A DNA stretch of 47,404 nucleotides from Escherichia coli (GCF_003334335.1 NZ_QOWQ01000035.1), one strand, 5' to 3'. Numbered from the stretch's first letter, positions 20,243 through 31,430 are shown. Notes: generated from the sequence alone by a model not told the origin. Numbers and translations are program-made.

Positions 20243-21030
20243 ATGCAAACCATCACCATCGCCCCACCCAAGCGCAGCTGGTTCTCGCTTCTGAGCTGGG
20301 CCGTTGTACTCGCCGTGTTGGTCGTCTCGTGGCAGGGCGCGGAAATGGCCCCGCTTACGCTGATCAAAGACGGCGGCAACATGGCGACGTTCGCCGCCGA
20401 CTTCTTCCCGCCCGATTTCAGCCAGTGGCAGGATTACCTCACCGAAATGGCCGTCACGCTGCAAATCGCCGTCTGGGGCACCGCGCTGGCGGTGGTTCTC
20501 TCCATCCCCTTTGGCCTGATGAGCGCCGAAAACCTGGTGCCGTGGTGGGTTTACCAGCCCGTTCGCCGCCTGATGGACGCCTGCCGCGCCATTAACGAAA
20601 TGGTCTTCGCCATGCTGTTCGTGGTCGCCGTCGGCCTCGGCCCGTTCGCTGGCGTGCTGGCGTGCTGGCGCTGTTTATCCACACCACCGGCGTGCTCTCC
20701 AAGCTGCTTTCCGAAGCGGTGGAAGCGATTGAACCCGGCCCGGTGGAAGGCATTCGCGCCACCGGTGCCAACAAGCTCGAAGAGATCCTCTACGGCGTGC
20801 TGCCACAGGTGATGCCACTGCTGATCTCCTACTCCCTCTATCGCTTCGAATCCAACGTCCGCTCGGCGACCGTCGTCGGCATGGTCGGCGCAGGCGGGAT
20901 CGGCGTCACCCTGTGGGAAGCGATTCGCGGTTTCCAGTTCCAACAAACCTGCGCCCTGATGGTGCTTATCATCGTCACGGTCAGCCTGCTGGATTTCCTC
21001 TCTCAACGGTTGCGTAAGCACTTTATCTGA
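20243..21030 (+). pseudogene. phnE: phosphonate ABC transporter permease phnE, disrupted by frameshift within a tandem 8-bp repeat
   Basis: Permease reading frame is split between two overlapping ORFs (frame change near 20648-20671, where gctggcgt occurs twice then gctggcgc); known cryptic K-12 allele. Confidence 0.88.
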
Positions 21031-21050
21031 TAAGCGAGGCATTGATATCT

Positions 21051-21776
21051 ATGCACTTGTCTACACATCCGACCAGCTACCCAACACGCTATCAAGAGAT
21101 AGCCGCAAAACTTGAGCAGGAGCTTCGTCAACACTACCGCTGCGGCGACTATCTTCCCGCCGAGCAGCAACTGGCAGCGCGCTTTGAGGTGAATCGCCAC
21201 ACCCTGCGCCGCGCCATCGACCAACTGGTGGAAAAAGGCTGGGTACAGCGCCGTCAGGGCGTCGGCGTGCTGGTGCTGATGCGCCCGTTCGATTACCCGC
21301 TCAACGCCCAGGCGCGTTTTAGCCAGAATCTGCTGGATCAGGGCAGCCATCCCACCAGCGAAAAACTGCTTTCGGTATTGCGCCCCGCGTCCGGCCACGT
21401 CGCTGACGCACTGGGGATTACCGAGGGGGAGAACGTCATCCACCTGCGCACCCTGCGTCGTGTCAACGGCGTCGCGCTCTGTTTAATCGACCACTACTTC
21501 GCGGACCTCACCCTCTGGCCGACGCTGCAACGCTTCGACAGCGGCTCGCTGCACGATTTTCTGCGCGAGCAAACCGGAATTGCGCTGCGCCGCAGCCAGA
21601 CGCGGATCAGCGCCCGCCGCGCCCAGGCCAAAGAGTGCCAGCGTCTTGAAATCCCGAATATGTCGCCGCTGCTGTGCGTGCGCACCCTTAACCACCGTGA
21701 CGGTGAAAGCAGCCCGGCGGAGTACTCCGTCAGCCTGACGCGCGCCGACATGATTGAATTCACTATGGAGCACTGA
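21051..21776 (+). CDS. phnF: GntR-family repressor of the phn operon
   Basis: 241-aa ORF from MHLSTHPTSYPTRYQEIA; N-terminal GntR HTH, UTRA-like C-terminus. Confidence 0.93.
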   Translation: MHLSTHPTSYPTRYQEIAAKLEQELRQHYRCGDYLPAEQQLAARFEVNRHTLRRAIDQLVEKGWVQRRQGVGVLVLMRPFDYPLNAQARFSQNLLDQGSHPTSEKLLSVLRPASGHVADALGITEGENVIHLRTLRRVNGVALCLIDHYFADLTLWPTLQRFDSGSLHDFLREQTGIALRRSQTRISARRAQAKECQRLEIPNMSPLLCVRTLNHRDGESSPAEYSVSLTRADMIEFTMEH

Positions 21777-22229
21777 ATGCACGCAGATACCGCGACCCGC
21801 CAGCACTGGATGTCCGTGCTGGCGCACAGCCAACCGGCTGAACTGGCAGCACGCCTGAACGCGCTAAACATCACCGCCGACTATGAGGTGATCCGCGCCG
21901 CTGAAACTGGCCTGGTACAGATTCAGGCGCGGATGGGCGGCACCGGCGAACGTTTTTTTGCCGGCGACGCCACGCTGACCCGCGCCGCCGTGCGCCTGAC
22001 TGACGGCACGCTCGGCTACAGCTGGGTGCAGGGGCGTGATAAACAGCACGCCGAACGCTGCGCGCTGATTGACGCGCTGATGCAGCAATCTCGCCACTTT
22101 CAAAACTTATCAGAAACCCTTATTGCCCCGCTGGACGCTGACCGTATGGCACGCATTGCCGCACGCCAGGCCGAAGTGAACGCCAGCCGGGTCGACTTCT
22201 TTACGATGGTTCGCGGAGACAACGCATGA
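21777..22229 (+). CDS. phnG: C-P lyase core complex subunit PhnG
   Basis: 150-aa ORF; position and length in phn operon. Confidence 0.93.
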
Positions 22230-22810
22230 CCCTGGAAACCGCTTTTATGCTTCCCGTGCAGGATGCCCAGCACAGTTTTCGTCGCCTGTTAAAGGCCATG
22301 AGCGAGCCGGGCGTGATTGTCGCCCTGCATCAGCTCAAACGCGGCTGGCAACCGCTGAATATCGCCACCACCAGCGTGCTGCTGACGCTGGCCGATAACG
22401 ACACGCCGGTGTGGCTTTCTACCCCATTAAATAACGATATCGTCAACCAGAGCCTGCGTTTTCATACCAACGCGCCGCTGGTCAGCCAGCCGGAACAGGC
22501 GACCTTCGCGGTGACGGATGAGGCGATTTCCAGCGAACAGCTCAACGCCCTTTCCACCGGCACCGCCGTTGCGCCGGAAGCGGGTGCGACGCTGATTTTA
22601 CAGGTCGCCAGCCTGAGCGGCGGACGCATGTTGCGCCTTACTGGTGCGGGTATTGCCGAAGAACGAATGATCGCTCCGCAGCTGCCGGAGTGCATTCTGC
22701 ACGAACTCACCGAGCGCCCGCATCCGTTCCCGCTCGGCATCGACCTGATCCTGACCTGTGGCGAGCGCCTGCTGGCTATTCCGCGAACCACTCATGTGGA
22801 GGTGTGCTGA
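22226..22810 (+). CDS. phnH: C-P lyase core complex subunit PhnH
   Basis: 194-aa ORF; ATGA overlap with phnG stop. Confidence 0.93.
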
Positions 22811-23874
22811 TGTACGTTGCCGTGAAAGGGGGCGAGAAGGCGATCGACGCCGCCCACGCCCTGCAAGAGAGCCGACGCCGAGGCGATACCGATTTGCCCG
22901 AACTGAGCGTCGCCCAGATTGAACAGCAGCTTAACCTCGCGGTAGATCGCGTGATGACCGAAGGCGGCATTGCCGACCGCGAACTGGCGGCGCTGGCGCT
23001 GAAACAGGCCAGCGGCGATAACGTTGAAGCGATTTTCCTGCTGCGCGCCTACCGCACCACGTTGGCGAAGCTGGCGGTAAGCGAGCCGCTCGACACCACC
23101 GGGATGCGTCTCGAACGCCGTATCTCCGCCGTTTATAAAGACATTCCCGGCGGCCAGCTGCTTGGCCCAACCTACGACTACACCCATCGCCTGCTCGATT
23201 TTACCCTGCTGGCAAACGGCGAAGCGCCGACGCTGACCACCGCCGACAGCGAACAGCAGCCGTCGCCGCACGTTTTCAGCCTGCTGGCGCGTCAGGGGCT
23301 GGCGAAGTTTGAAGAGGATAGCGGCGCACAGCCGGATGACATCACCCGCACGCCGCCGGTTTACCCCTGCTCACGCTCCTCCCGTTTGCAGCAGTTGATG
23401 CGCGGCGACGAAGGCTATTTGCTGGCGCTGGCCTACTCCACCCAACGCGGTTACGGGCGCAATCACCCGTTCGCAGGCGAGATCCGCAGCGGCTATATCG
23501 ACGTGTCGATTGTGCCGGAAGAGCTGGGATTTGCGGTGAACGTCGGCGAACTGCTGATGACTGAGTGTGAAATGGTTAACGGTTTTATCGACCCGCCGGG
23601 TGAGCCGCCGCACTTCACGCGCGGCTACGGGCTGGTGTTCGGCATGAGCGAGCGCAAAGCGATGGCGATGGCGCTGGTCGACCGCGCTCTGCAAGCCCCG
23701 GAGTACGGCGAGCACGCGACAGGCCCGGCGCAGGATGAAGAGTTCGTGCTGGCACATGCCGACAACGTCGAAGCCGCAGGCTTTGTCTCACACCTCAAAC
23801 TCCCCCACTACGTCGATTTCCAGGCCGAACTGGAGCTACTCAAACGTCTGCAACAGGAGCAGAACCATGGCTAA
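22810..23874 (+). CDS. phnI: C-P lyase subunit PhnI (ribosyl-triphosphate forming nucleosidase)
   Basis: 354-aa ORF from [16 protein letters not shown]; ORF-track upstream extension rejected. Confidence 0.93.
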   Translation: MYVAVKGGEKAIDAAHALQESRRRGDTDLPELSVAQIEQQLNLAVDRVMTEGGIADRELAALALKQASGDNVEAIFLLRAYRTTLAKLAVSEPLDTTGMRLERRISAVYKDIPGGQLLGPTYDYTHRLLDFTLLANGEAPTLTTADSEQQPSPHVFSLLARQGLAKFEEDSGAQPDDITRTPPVYPCSRSSRLQQLMRGDEGYLLALAYSTQRGYGRNHPFAGEIRSGYIDVSIVPEELGFAVNVGELLMTECEMVNGFIDPPGEPPHFTRGYGLVFGMSERKAMAMALVDRALQAPEYGEHATGPAQDEEFVLAHADNVEAAGFVSHLKLPHYVDFQAELELLKRLQQEQNHG

Positions 23875-24712
23875 TCTGAGCGGCTACAACTTTGCCTACC
23901 TCGACGAGCAGACCAAACGCATGATCCGCCGCGCCATCTTAAAAGCGGTGGCGATCCCCGGTTATCAGGTGCCGTTTGGCGGGCGCGAGATGCCGATGCC
24001 GTACGGCTGGGGAACCGGCGGCATTCAGCTTACCGCCAGCGTGATTGGCGAAAGCGACGTGCTGAAGGTGATTGACCAGGGCGCGGATGACACCACCAAC
24101 GCCGTGTCGATTCGCAACTTCTTCAAGCGCGTGACCGGGGTAAACACCACGGAACGTACGGACGATGCGACGGTTATCCAGACGCGTCACCGCATCCCCG
24201 AAACGCCGCTGACCGAAGATCAGATAATTATCTTCCAGGTGCCAATCCCCGAGCCGCTGCGCTTTATCGAGCCGCGCGAAACGGAAACCCGCACCATGCA
24301 CGCGCTGGAAGAGTACGGCGTGATGCAGGTGAAACTGTATGAAGATATCGCCCGCTTCGGTCATATCGCCACCACCTACGCCTATCCGGTGAAGGTAAAT
24401 GGGCGCTACGTGATGGACCCGTCGCCGATCCCGAAATTCGATAACCCAAAAATGGACATGATGCCCGCCCTGCAACTGTTCGGCGCGGGGCGCGAGAAGC
24501 GCATCTATGCGGTGCCGCCGTTTACCCGCGTGGAAAGTCTCGATTTCGACGATCACCCGTTCACCGTTCAGCAGTGGGATGAGCCATGCGCCATCTGCGG
24601 ATCGACCCACAGCTATCTTGATGAAGTGGTGCTGGATGACGCCGGAAACCGCATGTTTGTCTGCTCCGATACCGATTATTGCCGCCAACAGAGCGAGGCA
24701 AAAAACCAATGA
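23867..24712 (+). CDS. phnJ: C-P lyase PhnJ (radical SAM-type, four-Cys cluster)
   Basis: 281-aa ORF from MANLSGYNFAYLDEQTKRMIRRA; C-terminal CxxCxxxxxC...C motif. Confidence 0.93.
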   Translation: MANLSGYNFAYLDEQTKRMIRRAILKAVAIPGYQVPFGGREMPMPYGWGTGGIQLTASVIGESDVLKVIDQGADDTTNAVSIRNFFKRVTGVNTTERTDDATVIQTRHRIPETPLTEDQIIIFQVPIPEPLRFIEPRETETRTMHALEEYGVMQVKLYEDIARFGHIATTYAYPVKVNGRYVMDPSPIPKFDNPKMDMMPALQLFGAGREKRIYAVPPFTRVESLDFDDHPFTVQQWDEPCAICGSTHSYLDEVVLDDAGNRMFVCSDTDYCRQQSEAKNQ

Positions 24713-25467
24713 ATCAACCGTTACTTTCGGTCAATAACCTGACCCACCTTTACGCGCCGGGCAAAGGCTTTAGCGATGTCTCTTTTGATTTATGGCCGGG
24801 GGAAGTGCTGGGCATTGTCGGGGAATCCGGCTCCGGGAAGACCACGCTGCTGAAGTCGATCTCCGCGCGCCTGACGCCGCAGCAGGGGGAAATTCACTAC
24901 GAGAACCGTTCGCTGTATGCAATGAGCGAGGCCGACCGCCGTCGCCTGCTGCGTACCGAATGGGGCGTGGTGCATCAGCATCCACTCGACGGCCTGCGCC
25001 GCCAGGTGTCGGCGGGCGGCAATATCGGCGAGCGGCTGATGGCGACCGGGGCACGTCATTACGGCGATATTCGTGCCACCGCGCAGAAGTGGCTGGAAGA
25101 GGTGGAGATTCCCGCCAACCGGATCGACGACCTGCCGACCACCTTTTCCGGCGGTATGCAGCAGCGTTTGCAGATTGCCCGCAACCTGGTGACGCATCCG
25201 AAGCTGGTGTTTATGGATGAACCGACCGGCGGGCTGGATGTGTCGGTGCAGGCCCGCCTGCTCGACCTGCTGCGCGGCCTGGTGGTGGAGCTGAACCTCG
25301 CGGTGGTGATTGTCACCCATGATTTAGGCGTCGCCCGCCTGCTGGCGGACCGTTTGCTGGTGATGAAGCAGGGGCAAGTGGTGGAGAGTGGGTTAACCGA
25401 CCGCGTGCTCGACGACCCGCATCATCCGTATACACAGCTGCTGGTGTCATCGGTTTTGCAGAATTGA
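24709..25467 (+). CDS. phnK: C-P lyase accessory ABC-type ATPase PhnK
   Basis: 252-aa ORF from [11 protein letters not shown]; Walker [10 protein letters not shown]. Confidence 0.93.
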
Positions 25468-25472
25468 GCCGG

Positions 25473-25556
<84 letters not shown>

Positions 25557-25577
25557 ACCCGAACCACGAGGCGAAAA

Positions 25578-26258
25578 ATGATTAACGTACAAAACGTCAG
25601 TAAAACCTTCATCCTGCACCAGCAAAACGGCGTGCGCCTGCCCGTCCTCAATCGCGCCTCGCTCACCGTCAACGCGGGCGAATGCGTGGTGCTCCACGGC
25701 CATTCCGGCAGCGGCAAATCAACTCTGCTACGCTCGCTGTACGCCAACTATCTGCCCGACGAAGGTCAAATCCAGATCAAACACGGTGACGAGTGGGTAG
25801 ACCTGGTCACCGCGCCAGCGCGCAAAGTGGTGGAAATCCGCAAAACCACCGTCGGCTGGGTGAGCCAGTTTCTGCGCGTCATCCCGCGTATCTCAGCACT
25901 GGAAGTGGTGATGCAGCCGCTGCTCGATACCGGCGTTCCGCGTGAAGCCTGCGCCGCTAAAGCCGCGCGTCTTCTCACCCGCCTGAACGTGCCGGAACGC
26001 CTGTGGCACCTGGCACCATCGACATTTTCCGGTGGCGAACAGCAGCGCGTCAACATCGCCCGCGGCTTTATCGTCGACTACCCCATTCTGCTGCTTGACG
26101 AACCTACCGCCTCGCTGGACGCCAAAAACAGCGCCGCGGTGGTGGAACTGATTCGCGAAGCCAAAACCCGTGGCGCAGCCATCGTAGGCATCTTCCATGA
26201 CGAAGCTGTACGTAATGACGTCGCCGACCGCCTGCACCCAATGGGAGCCTCTTCATGA
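25578..26258 (+). CDS. phnL: C-P lyase accessory ABC-type ATPase PhnL
   Basis: 226-aa ORF from [11 protein letters not shown]; Walker [10 protein letters not shown]. Confidence 0.93.
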
Positions 26259-27391
26259 TTATCAATAACGTTAAGCTGGTGCTGGAAAACGAGGTGGTAA
26301 GCGGTTCGCTGGAGGTGCAGAACGGCGAAATCCGCGCCTTTGCCGAAAGCCAGAGCCGCCTGCCGGAGGCGATGGACGGCGAAGGCGGCTGGCTGCTGCC
26401 GGGGCTGATTGAGCTGCATACCGATAATCTGGATAAATTCTTCACCCCGCGCCCGAAAGTTGACTGGCCTGCCCACTCGGCGATGAGCAGCCACGACGCG
26501 CTGATGGTGGCGAGCGGCATCACCACCGTACTGGATGCCGTGGCAATTGGCGACGTGCGCGACGGCGGCGATCGGCTGGAGAATCTGGAGAAGATGATCA
26601 ACGCCATCGAAGAGACGCAGAAACGCGGCGTCAACCGCGCCGAGCACCGTCTGCATCTGCGCTGCGAACTGCCGCATCACACCACGCTGCCGCTGTTTGA
26701 AAAACTGGTGCAGCGCGAGCCGGTGACGCTGGTGTCGCTGATGGACCACTCGCCGGGCCAGCGCCAGTTCGCCAACCGCGAGAAGTATCGCGAATATTAT
26801 CAGGGCAAATACTCCCTCACTGATGCGCAGATGCAGCAGTACGAAGAAGAGCAACTGGCGCTCGCCGCACGCTGGTCGCAGCCGAATCGCGAATCCATCG
26901 CCGCCCTGTGCCGCGCGCGAAAAATTGCGCTTGCCAGCCACGATGACGCCACCCACGCCCACGTTGCTGAATCTCACCAGCTTGGCAGCGTGATCGCCGA
27001 ATTTCCCACCACGTTCGAAGCGGCGGAAGCCTCGCGCAAGCATGGCATGAACGTGCTGATGGGCGCGCCGAATATTGTGCGCGGCGGCTCGCACTCCGGC
27101 AACGTGGCGGCCAGTGAACTGGCGCAGCTTGGCCTGCTGGATATCCTCTCTTCCGACTACTACCCCGCCAGCCTGCTCGATGCGGCATTTCGCGTCGCCG
27201 ATGACCAGAGCAACCGCTTTACGCTGCCGCAGGCGGTGAAGCTGGTGACTAAAAATCCAGCGCAGGCGCTTAATCTCCAGGATCGCGGGGTGATTGGCGA
27301 GGGCAAACGCGCCGACCTGGTGCTGGCGCATCGCAAGGACAATCATATTCATATCGACCACGTCTGGCGTCAGGGTAAAAGGGTGTTCTGA
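26255..27391 (+). CDS. phnM: PhnM, amidohydrolase-family RPnTP diphosphatase
   Basis: 378-aa [16 protein letters not shown]...; ATGA overlap with phnL. Confidence 0.93.
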
Positions 27392-27948
27392 TGATGGGAA
27401 AACTGATTTGGTTAATGGGGCCGTCCGGCTCCGGGAAAGACAGCCTGCTGGCGGAACTCCGCCTGCGGGAACAAACTCAGTTACTGGTGGCGCATCGCTA
27501 CATCACGCGCGATGCCAGCGCCGGAAGTGAAAACCATATCGCCCTGAGCGAGCAGGAGTTTTTTACCCGCGCGGGGCAAAATCTGTTGGCCTTAAGCTGG
27601 CACGCTAACGGTCTGTATTATGGCGTCGGCGTCGAGATTGATCTCTGGCTGCACGCCGGATTCGACGTGCTGGTCAACGGCTCACGCGCCCATCTGCCGC
27701 AGGCGCGGGCGCGCTATCAATCGGCGCTGCTGCCCGTCTGTTTACAGGTTTCGCCGGAGATCCTCCGCCAGCGCCTGGAAAACCGTGGCCGTGAAAACGC
27801 CAGTGAAATTAACGCCCGCCTGGCGCGCGCCGCCCGCTATACTCCACAGGATTGCCATACGCTCAACAATGACGGCAGCCTGCGCCAGTCGGTCGACACG
27901 CTGCTGACGCTGATCCATCAGAAGGAGAAACACCATGCCTGCTTGTGA
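27391..27948 (+). CDS. phnN: ribose 1,5-bisphosphate phosphokinase PhnN
   Basis: 185-aa ORF with P-loop GPSGSGKDS. Confidence 0.93.
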
Positions 27949-28369
27949 GCTTCGCCCGGCCACGCAGTACGACACCGACGCGTTTTACGCGCTGATTTGT
28001 GAGCTAAAACAGGCGGAGTTTGACCACCACGCGTTTCGCGTGGGTTTTAACGCCAATCTGCGCGACCCAAACATGCGCTACCATCTGGCGCTGCTTGATG
28101 GCGAAGTTGTCGGCATGATCGGCCTGCATTTGCAGTTTCATCTGCATCATGTCAACTGGATCGGCGAAATTCAGGAGTTGGTGGTAATGCCGCAGGCGCG
28201 CGGTCTGAACGTCGGCAGTAAGTTACTGGCGTGGGCAGAAGAAGAAGCCCGCCAGGCCGGGGCCGAAATGACCGAACTTTCGACCAACGTGAAGCGCCAC
28301 GACGCGCACCGTTTCTATCTGCGCGAAGGCTACGAGCAGAGCCACTTCCGCTTCACCAAGGCGCTGTAA
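27935..28369 (+). CDS. phnO: aminoalkylphosphonate N-acetyltransferase PhnO (GNAT)
   Basis: 144-aa ORF; GNAT-like. Confidence 0.92.
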
Positions 28370-28370
28370 C

Positions 28371-29129
28371 ATGAGCCTGACCCTCACGCTCACCGGCACC
28401 GGCGGCGCACAGGGCGTTCCGGCATGGGGCTGCGAGTGTGCGGCCTGCGCCAGAGCGCGGCGCTCGCCGCAGTATCGCCGCCAACCGTGCAGCGGCGTAG
28501 TGAAGTTTAACGACGCAATCACCCTGATCGACGCCGGGCTGCACGATCTCGCCGATCGCTGGTCGCCCGGATCGTTCCAGCAGTTTTTGCTGACGCATTA
28601 TCATATGGATCACGTCCAGGGGCTGTTTCCGCTGCGCTGGGGCGTTGGCGATCCGATCCCGGTTTACGGCCCGCCGGATGAACAGGGCTGCGACGATCTG
28701 TTTAAACATCCGGGCCTGCTTGATTTCAGCCACACGGTGGAACCGTTTGTGGTGTTTGATTTGCAGGGGTTACAGGTCACGCCCCTGCCGCTCAACCACT
28801 CAAAACTGACCTTCGGTTATCTGCTGGAAACGGCACACAGCCGGGTGGCGTGGCTGTCTGACACCGCAGGCTTGCCGGAAAAAACGCTGAAATTTTTACG
28901 CAATAATCAGCCGCAGGTAATGGTGATGGATTGCAGTCACCCGCCGCGCGCGGATGCACCGCGTAATCACTGTGATTTAAATACCGTGCTTGCGCTGAAT
29001 CAGGTTATCCGCTCGCCACGGGTGATTCTGACCCATATCAGCCACCAGTTTGATGCGTGGCTGATGGAAAACGCACTACCGTCAGGGTTTGAGGTGGGGT
29101 TTGATGGGATGGAGATTGGGGTGGCGTGA
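28371..29129 (+). CDS. phnP: phosphoribosyl 1,2-cyclic phosphate phosphodiesterase PhnP (metallo-beta-lactamase fold)
   Basis: 252-aa ORF with HxHxDH motif ([10 protein letters not shown]). Confidence 0.93.
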
Positions 29130-29151
29130 TGAGAGGGAATGTGCGCGCTGG

Positions 29152-29252
29152 CCCCCTCACCCTAACCCTCTCCCCAGAGGGGCGAGGGGACCGATTGTGC
29201 TCGATATTGAATATTGCGCTCGTTTTCTCCCTCTCCCCATTGGGGTGAGGGG
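29152..29252. repeat. two GC-rich palindromic elements (ccctcaccc..ccctctcccc aga ggggcgagggg and ctccctctcccc att ggggtgagggg)
   Basis: Nested inverted repeats read directly; first copy shares an 18-bp core with the element at 2042-2069; sits between convergent phnP and yjdP. Confidence 0.6.
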
Positions 29253-29275
29253 CGATGCCTGCTCCATACCCAACC

Positions 29276-29605
29276 TCATCGCCCATACTCATCTTCCATT
29301 CTCCGCTCTTCATCCTCCAGTTGCCGACGCTCCTGATCAAGCTGGCGCTGGCGATCGTCCAGCTGCCTGCGGCGATCTTCAAACTGGCGGCGGCGGTCGT
29401 CATATTGTCTGCGCCGATCGTCGCTCACTTCACGCTGCCAGCCGTCGTCGCGCGAATCTTCATAGTCTCGCCCACGGTCAGGGTTATAAGCGTCATTAAT
29501 CGCCTGCTGAATATTGCCAATGGTGTCGTCGATAATATCGGCCTGGGCCGGAACGGTGGACAGCGTGAGCAGGGTGAATAAAAGAAATAGCGGAAAGCGT
29601 TTCAT
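29276..29605 (-). CDS. yjdP: small secreted protein YjdP with Arg/Asp/Gln/Glu-rich repeats
   Basis: 109-aa ORF with signal peptide (MKRFPLFLLFTLLTLSTVPAQA) and repeated DDRRRQ/EDRRRQ blocks. Confidence 0.88.
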   Translation of the reverse strand: MKRFPLFLLFTLLTLSTVPAQADIIDDTIGNIQQAINDAYNPDRGRDYEDSRDDGWQREVSDDRRRQYDDRRRQFEDRRRQLDDRQRQLDQERRQLEDEERRMEDEYGR

Positions 29606-29673
29606 TAGCCAACCTCAAAAAGAAACTCTATCCACATTAATCATTACTCATCCATGCAAGTAGTGGATGAATC

Positions 29674-30123
29674 TCAATTTCTCCGCTGCTCTATTGCCGT
29701 AATCGCCTCCACGCGTTGTTGATGACGACCGCCTTCGTACTGTGCGCCCAGCCACGCATCCACAATCATTTTTGCCAGTTCGAGGCCAACCACTCGTGAA
29801 CCAAAAGCCAGCACGTTGGTGTCGTTATGCTGCCGCGAAAGTTGCGCGGAATAAGGTTCGCTACAGACGACCGCGCGAATTCCGGCAAACTTGTTCGCCG
29901 CTATCGAAATACCGACGCCAGTACCACAAATCAAAATCCCGCCATCAACCTCTCCGCCAGCAACAGCCAGTGCGACTTGACTGGCGTAATGTGGATAATC
30001 AGTACGCTCTGACGACCAGGTTCCTTTATCAATCACTTCAACGCCACGCTCAACTAAATGTGCCACTATTTCATGTTTTAAAATGAAACCGACATGATCA
30101 CAGCCAAATGCAATCTTTTTCAT
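29674..30123 (-). CDS. rpiB: ribose-5-phosphate / allose-6-phosphate isomerase B
   Basis: 149-aa ORF MKKIAFGCDHVGFILKHEIV... (RpiB/LacAB family). Confidence 0.95.
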   Translation of the reverse strand: MKKIAFGCDHVGFILKHEIVAHLVERGVEVIDKGTWSSERTDYPHYASQVALAVAGGEVDGGILICGTGVGISIAANKFAGIRAVVCSEPYSAQLSRQHNDTNVLAFGSRVVGLELAKMIVDAWLGAQYEGGRHQQRVEAITAIEQRRN

Positions 30124-30481
30124 TCATCTTCCCCGTCCGTGCAAAACTTCACAATCAAAAAACATTTGTGATGTTAATGAATTAAAAACACCCAAAATCG
30201 ATGAATTACGCCTTCCTGATCTGTTTTACAGAGTTACATCTGACAGCGCAATAGCGTTAAAGACACTCACCATCCAGCAACATCTATCATCTAAAAAACC
30301 AGAAAAACAAATAACATCATGTTTTTAAACTAATTAAATGAAATAAAATTTTAAGCCACTCGCCATTGTTCACAATAAAATAAACTTTATAAATTTTATT
30401 TTTTTGTGAAGTCGCCAGCATCTTTTCTGTTCTTGCTGTGGTGATATAGTGGCGTCTTCAATTCAAGGACAAGAGAACGTG

Positions 30482-31372
30482 ATGAGCCAGTCAGAGTTTG
30501 ATTCAGCGCTTCCGAACGGTATAGGGTTAGCGCCTTACCTGCGAATGAAGCAGGAAGGAATGACAGAAAATGAAAGCCGCATCGTGGAGTGGTTACTCAA
30601 ACCCGGTAACCTGAGTTGTGCACCCGCAATTAAAGATGTCGCAGAAGCTCTGGCGGTATCTGAAGCGATGATAGTTAAGGTATCAAAGCTGCTGGGGTTT
30701 AGCGGCTTTCGTAACTTACGCAGTGCGCTGGAAGATTATTTTTCTCAGTCAGAACAGGTATTGCCTTCCGAGTTGGCTTTTGATGAAGCGCCGCAGGATG
30801 TGGTGAATAAGGTATTTAACATCACTTTACGCACCATTATGGAAGGTCAGTCGATCGTCAACGTTGATGAGATCCACCGTGCCGCCCGCTTTTTCTATCA
30901 GGCCAGACAGCGGGATTTGTACGGTGCCGGAGGATCAAATGCTATCTGTGCTGATGTACAGCACAAGTTCTTGCGCATTGGCGTACGCTGTCAGGCCTAT
31001 CCTGATGCTCACATCATGATGATGTCCGCTTCGTTGTTACAGGAAGGAGATGTTGTGCTGGTAGTGACCCATTCCGGGCGAACCAGTGATGTAAAAGCGG
31101 CCGTAGAACTGGCAAAAAAGAACGGGGCAAAGATTATTTGTATAACCCATAGCTACCATTCACCGATAGCGAAACTGGCCGATTATATTATTTGCTCACC
31201 AGCCCCGGAAACGCCGTTATTAGGTCGTAATGCCTCGGCAAGAATATTACAACTAACTTTGCTGGACGCTTTTTTTGTCTCTGTCGCCCAGCTCAACATT
31301 GAACAAGCTAATATTAATATGCAAAAAACCGGCGCAATTGTTGATTTCTTCTCACCAGGCGCGCTGAAATAA
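30482..31372 (+). CDS. rpiR: RpiR/AlsR transcriptional repressor (HTH plus SIS domain)
   Basis: 296-aa ORF from MSQSEFDSALPNG; divergent from rpiB, upstream of alsB. Confidence 0.92.
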   Translation: MSQSEFDSALPNGIGLAPYLRMKQEGMTENESRIVEWLLKPGNLSCAPAIKDVAEALAVSEAMIVKVSKLLGFSGFRNLRSALEDYFSQSEQVLPSELAFDEAPQDVVNKVFNITLRTIMEGQSIVNVDEIHRAARFFYQARQRDLYGAGGSNAICADVQHKFLRIGVRCQAYPDAHIMMMSASLLQEGDVVLVVTHSGRTSDVKAAVELAKKNGAKIICITHSYHSPIAKLADYIICSPAPETPLLGRNASARILQLTLLDAFFVSVAQLNIEQANINMQKTGAIVDFFSPGALK

Positions 31373-31430
31373 GAAAAAGGTAATTCCGCCATCGCGGAGT
31401 TACCTGTCCCCTTACCGTGAGAACATTATT

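Noticed and set aside
26078-27361. 427-aa ORF antisense to phnL/phnM (and similar long antisense ORFs at 19244-19957, 20551-21042, 22792-23271, 23939-24709, 24790-25320)
   Set aside because: The phn operon is high-GC with strong codon bias, which suppresses stop codons on the opposite strand; translations are Arg/Ala/Gly/His-rich low-complexity strings.
29089-29581. Two plus-strand ORFs (136 and 108 aa) overlapping yjdP
   Set aside because: They run through the GC-rich palindromic repeats and the complement of the yjdP charged-repeat region, giving low-complexity translations; yjdP on the minus strand has a signal peptide and is the credible gene.
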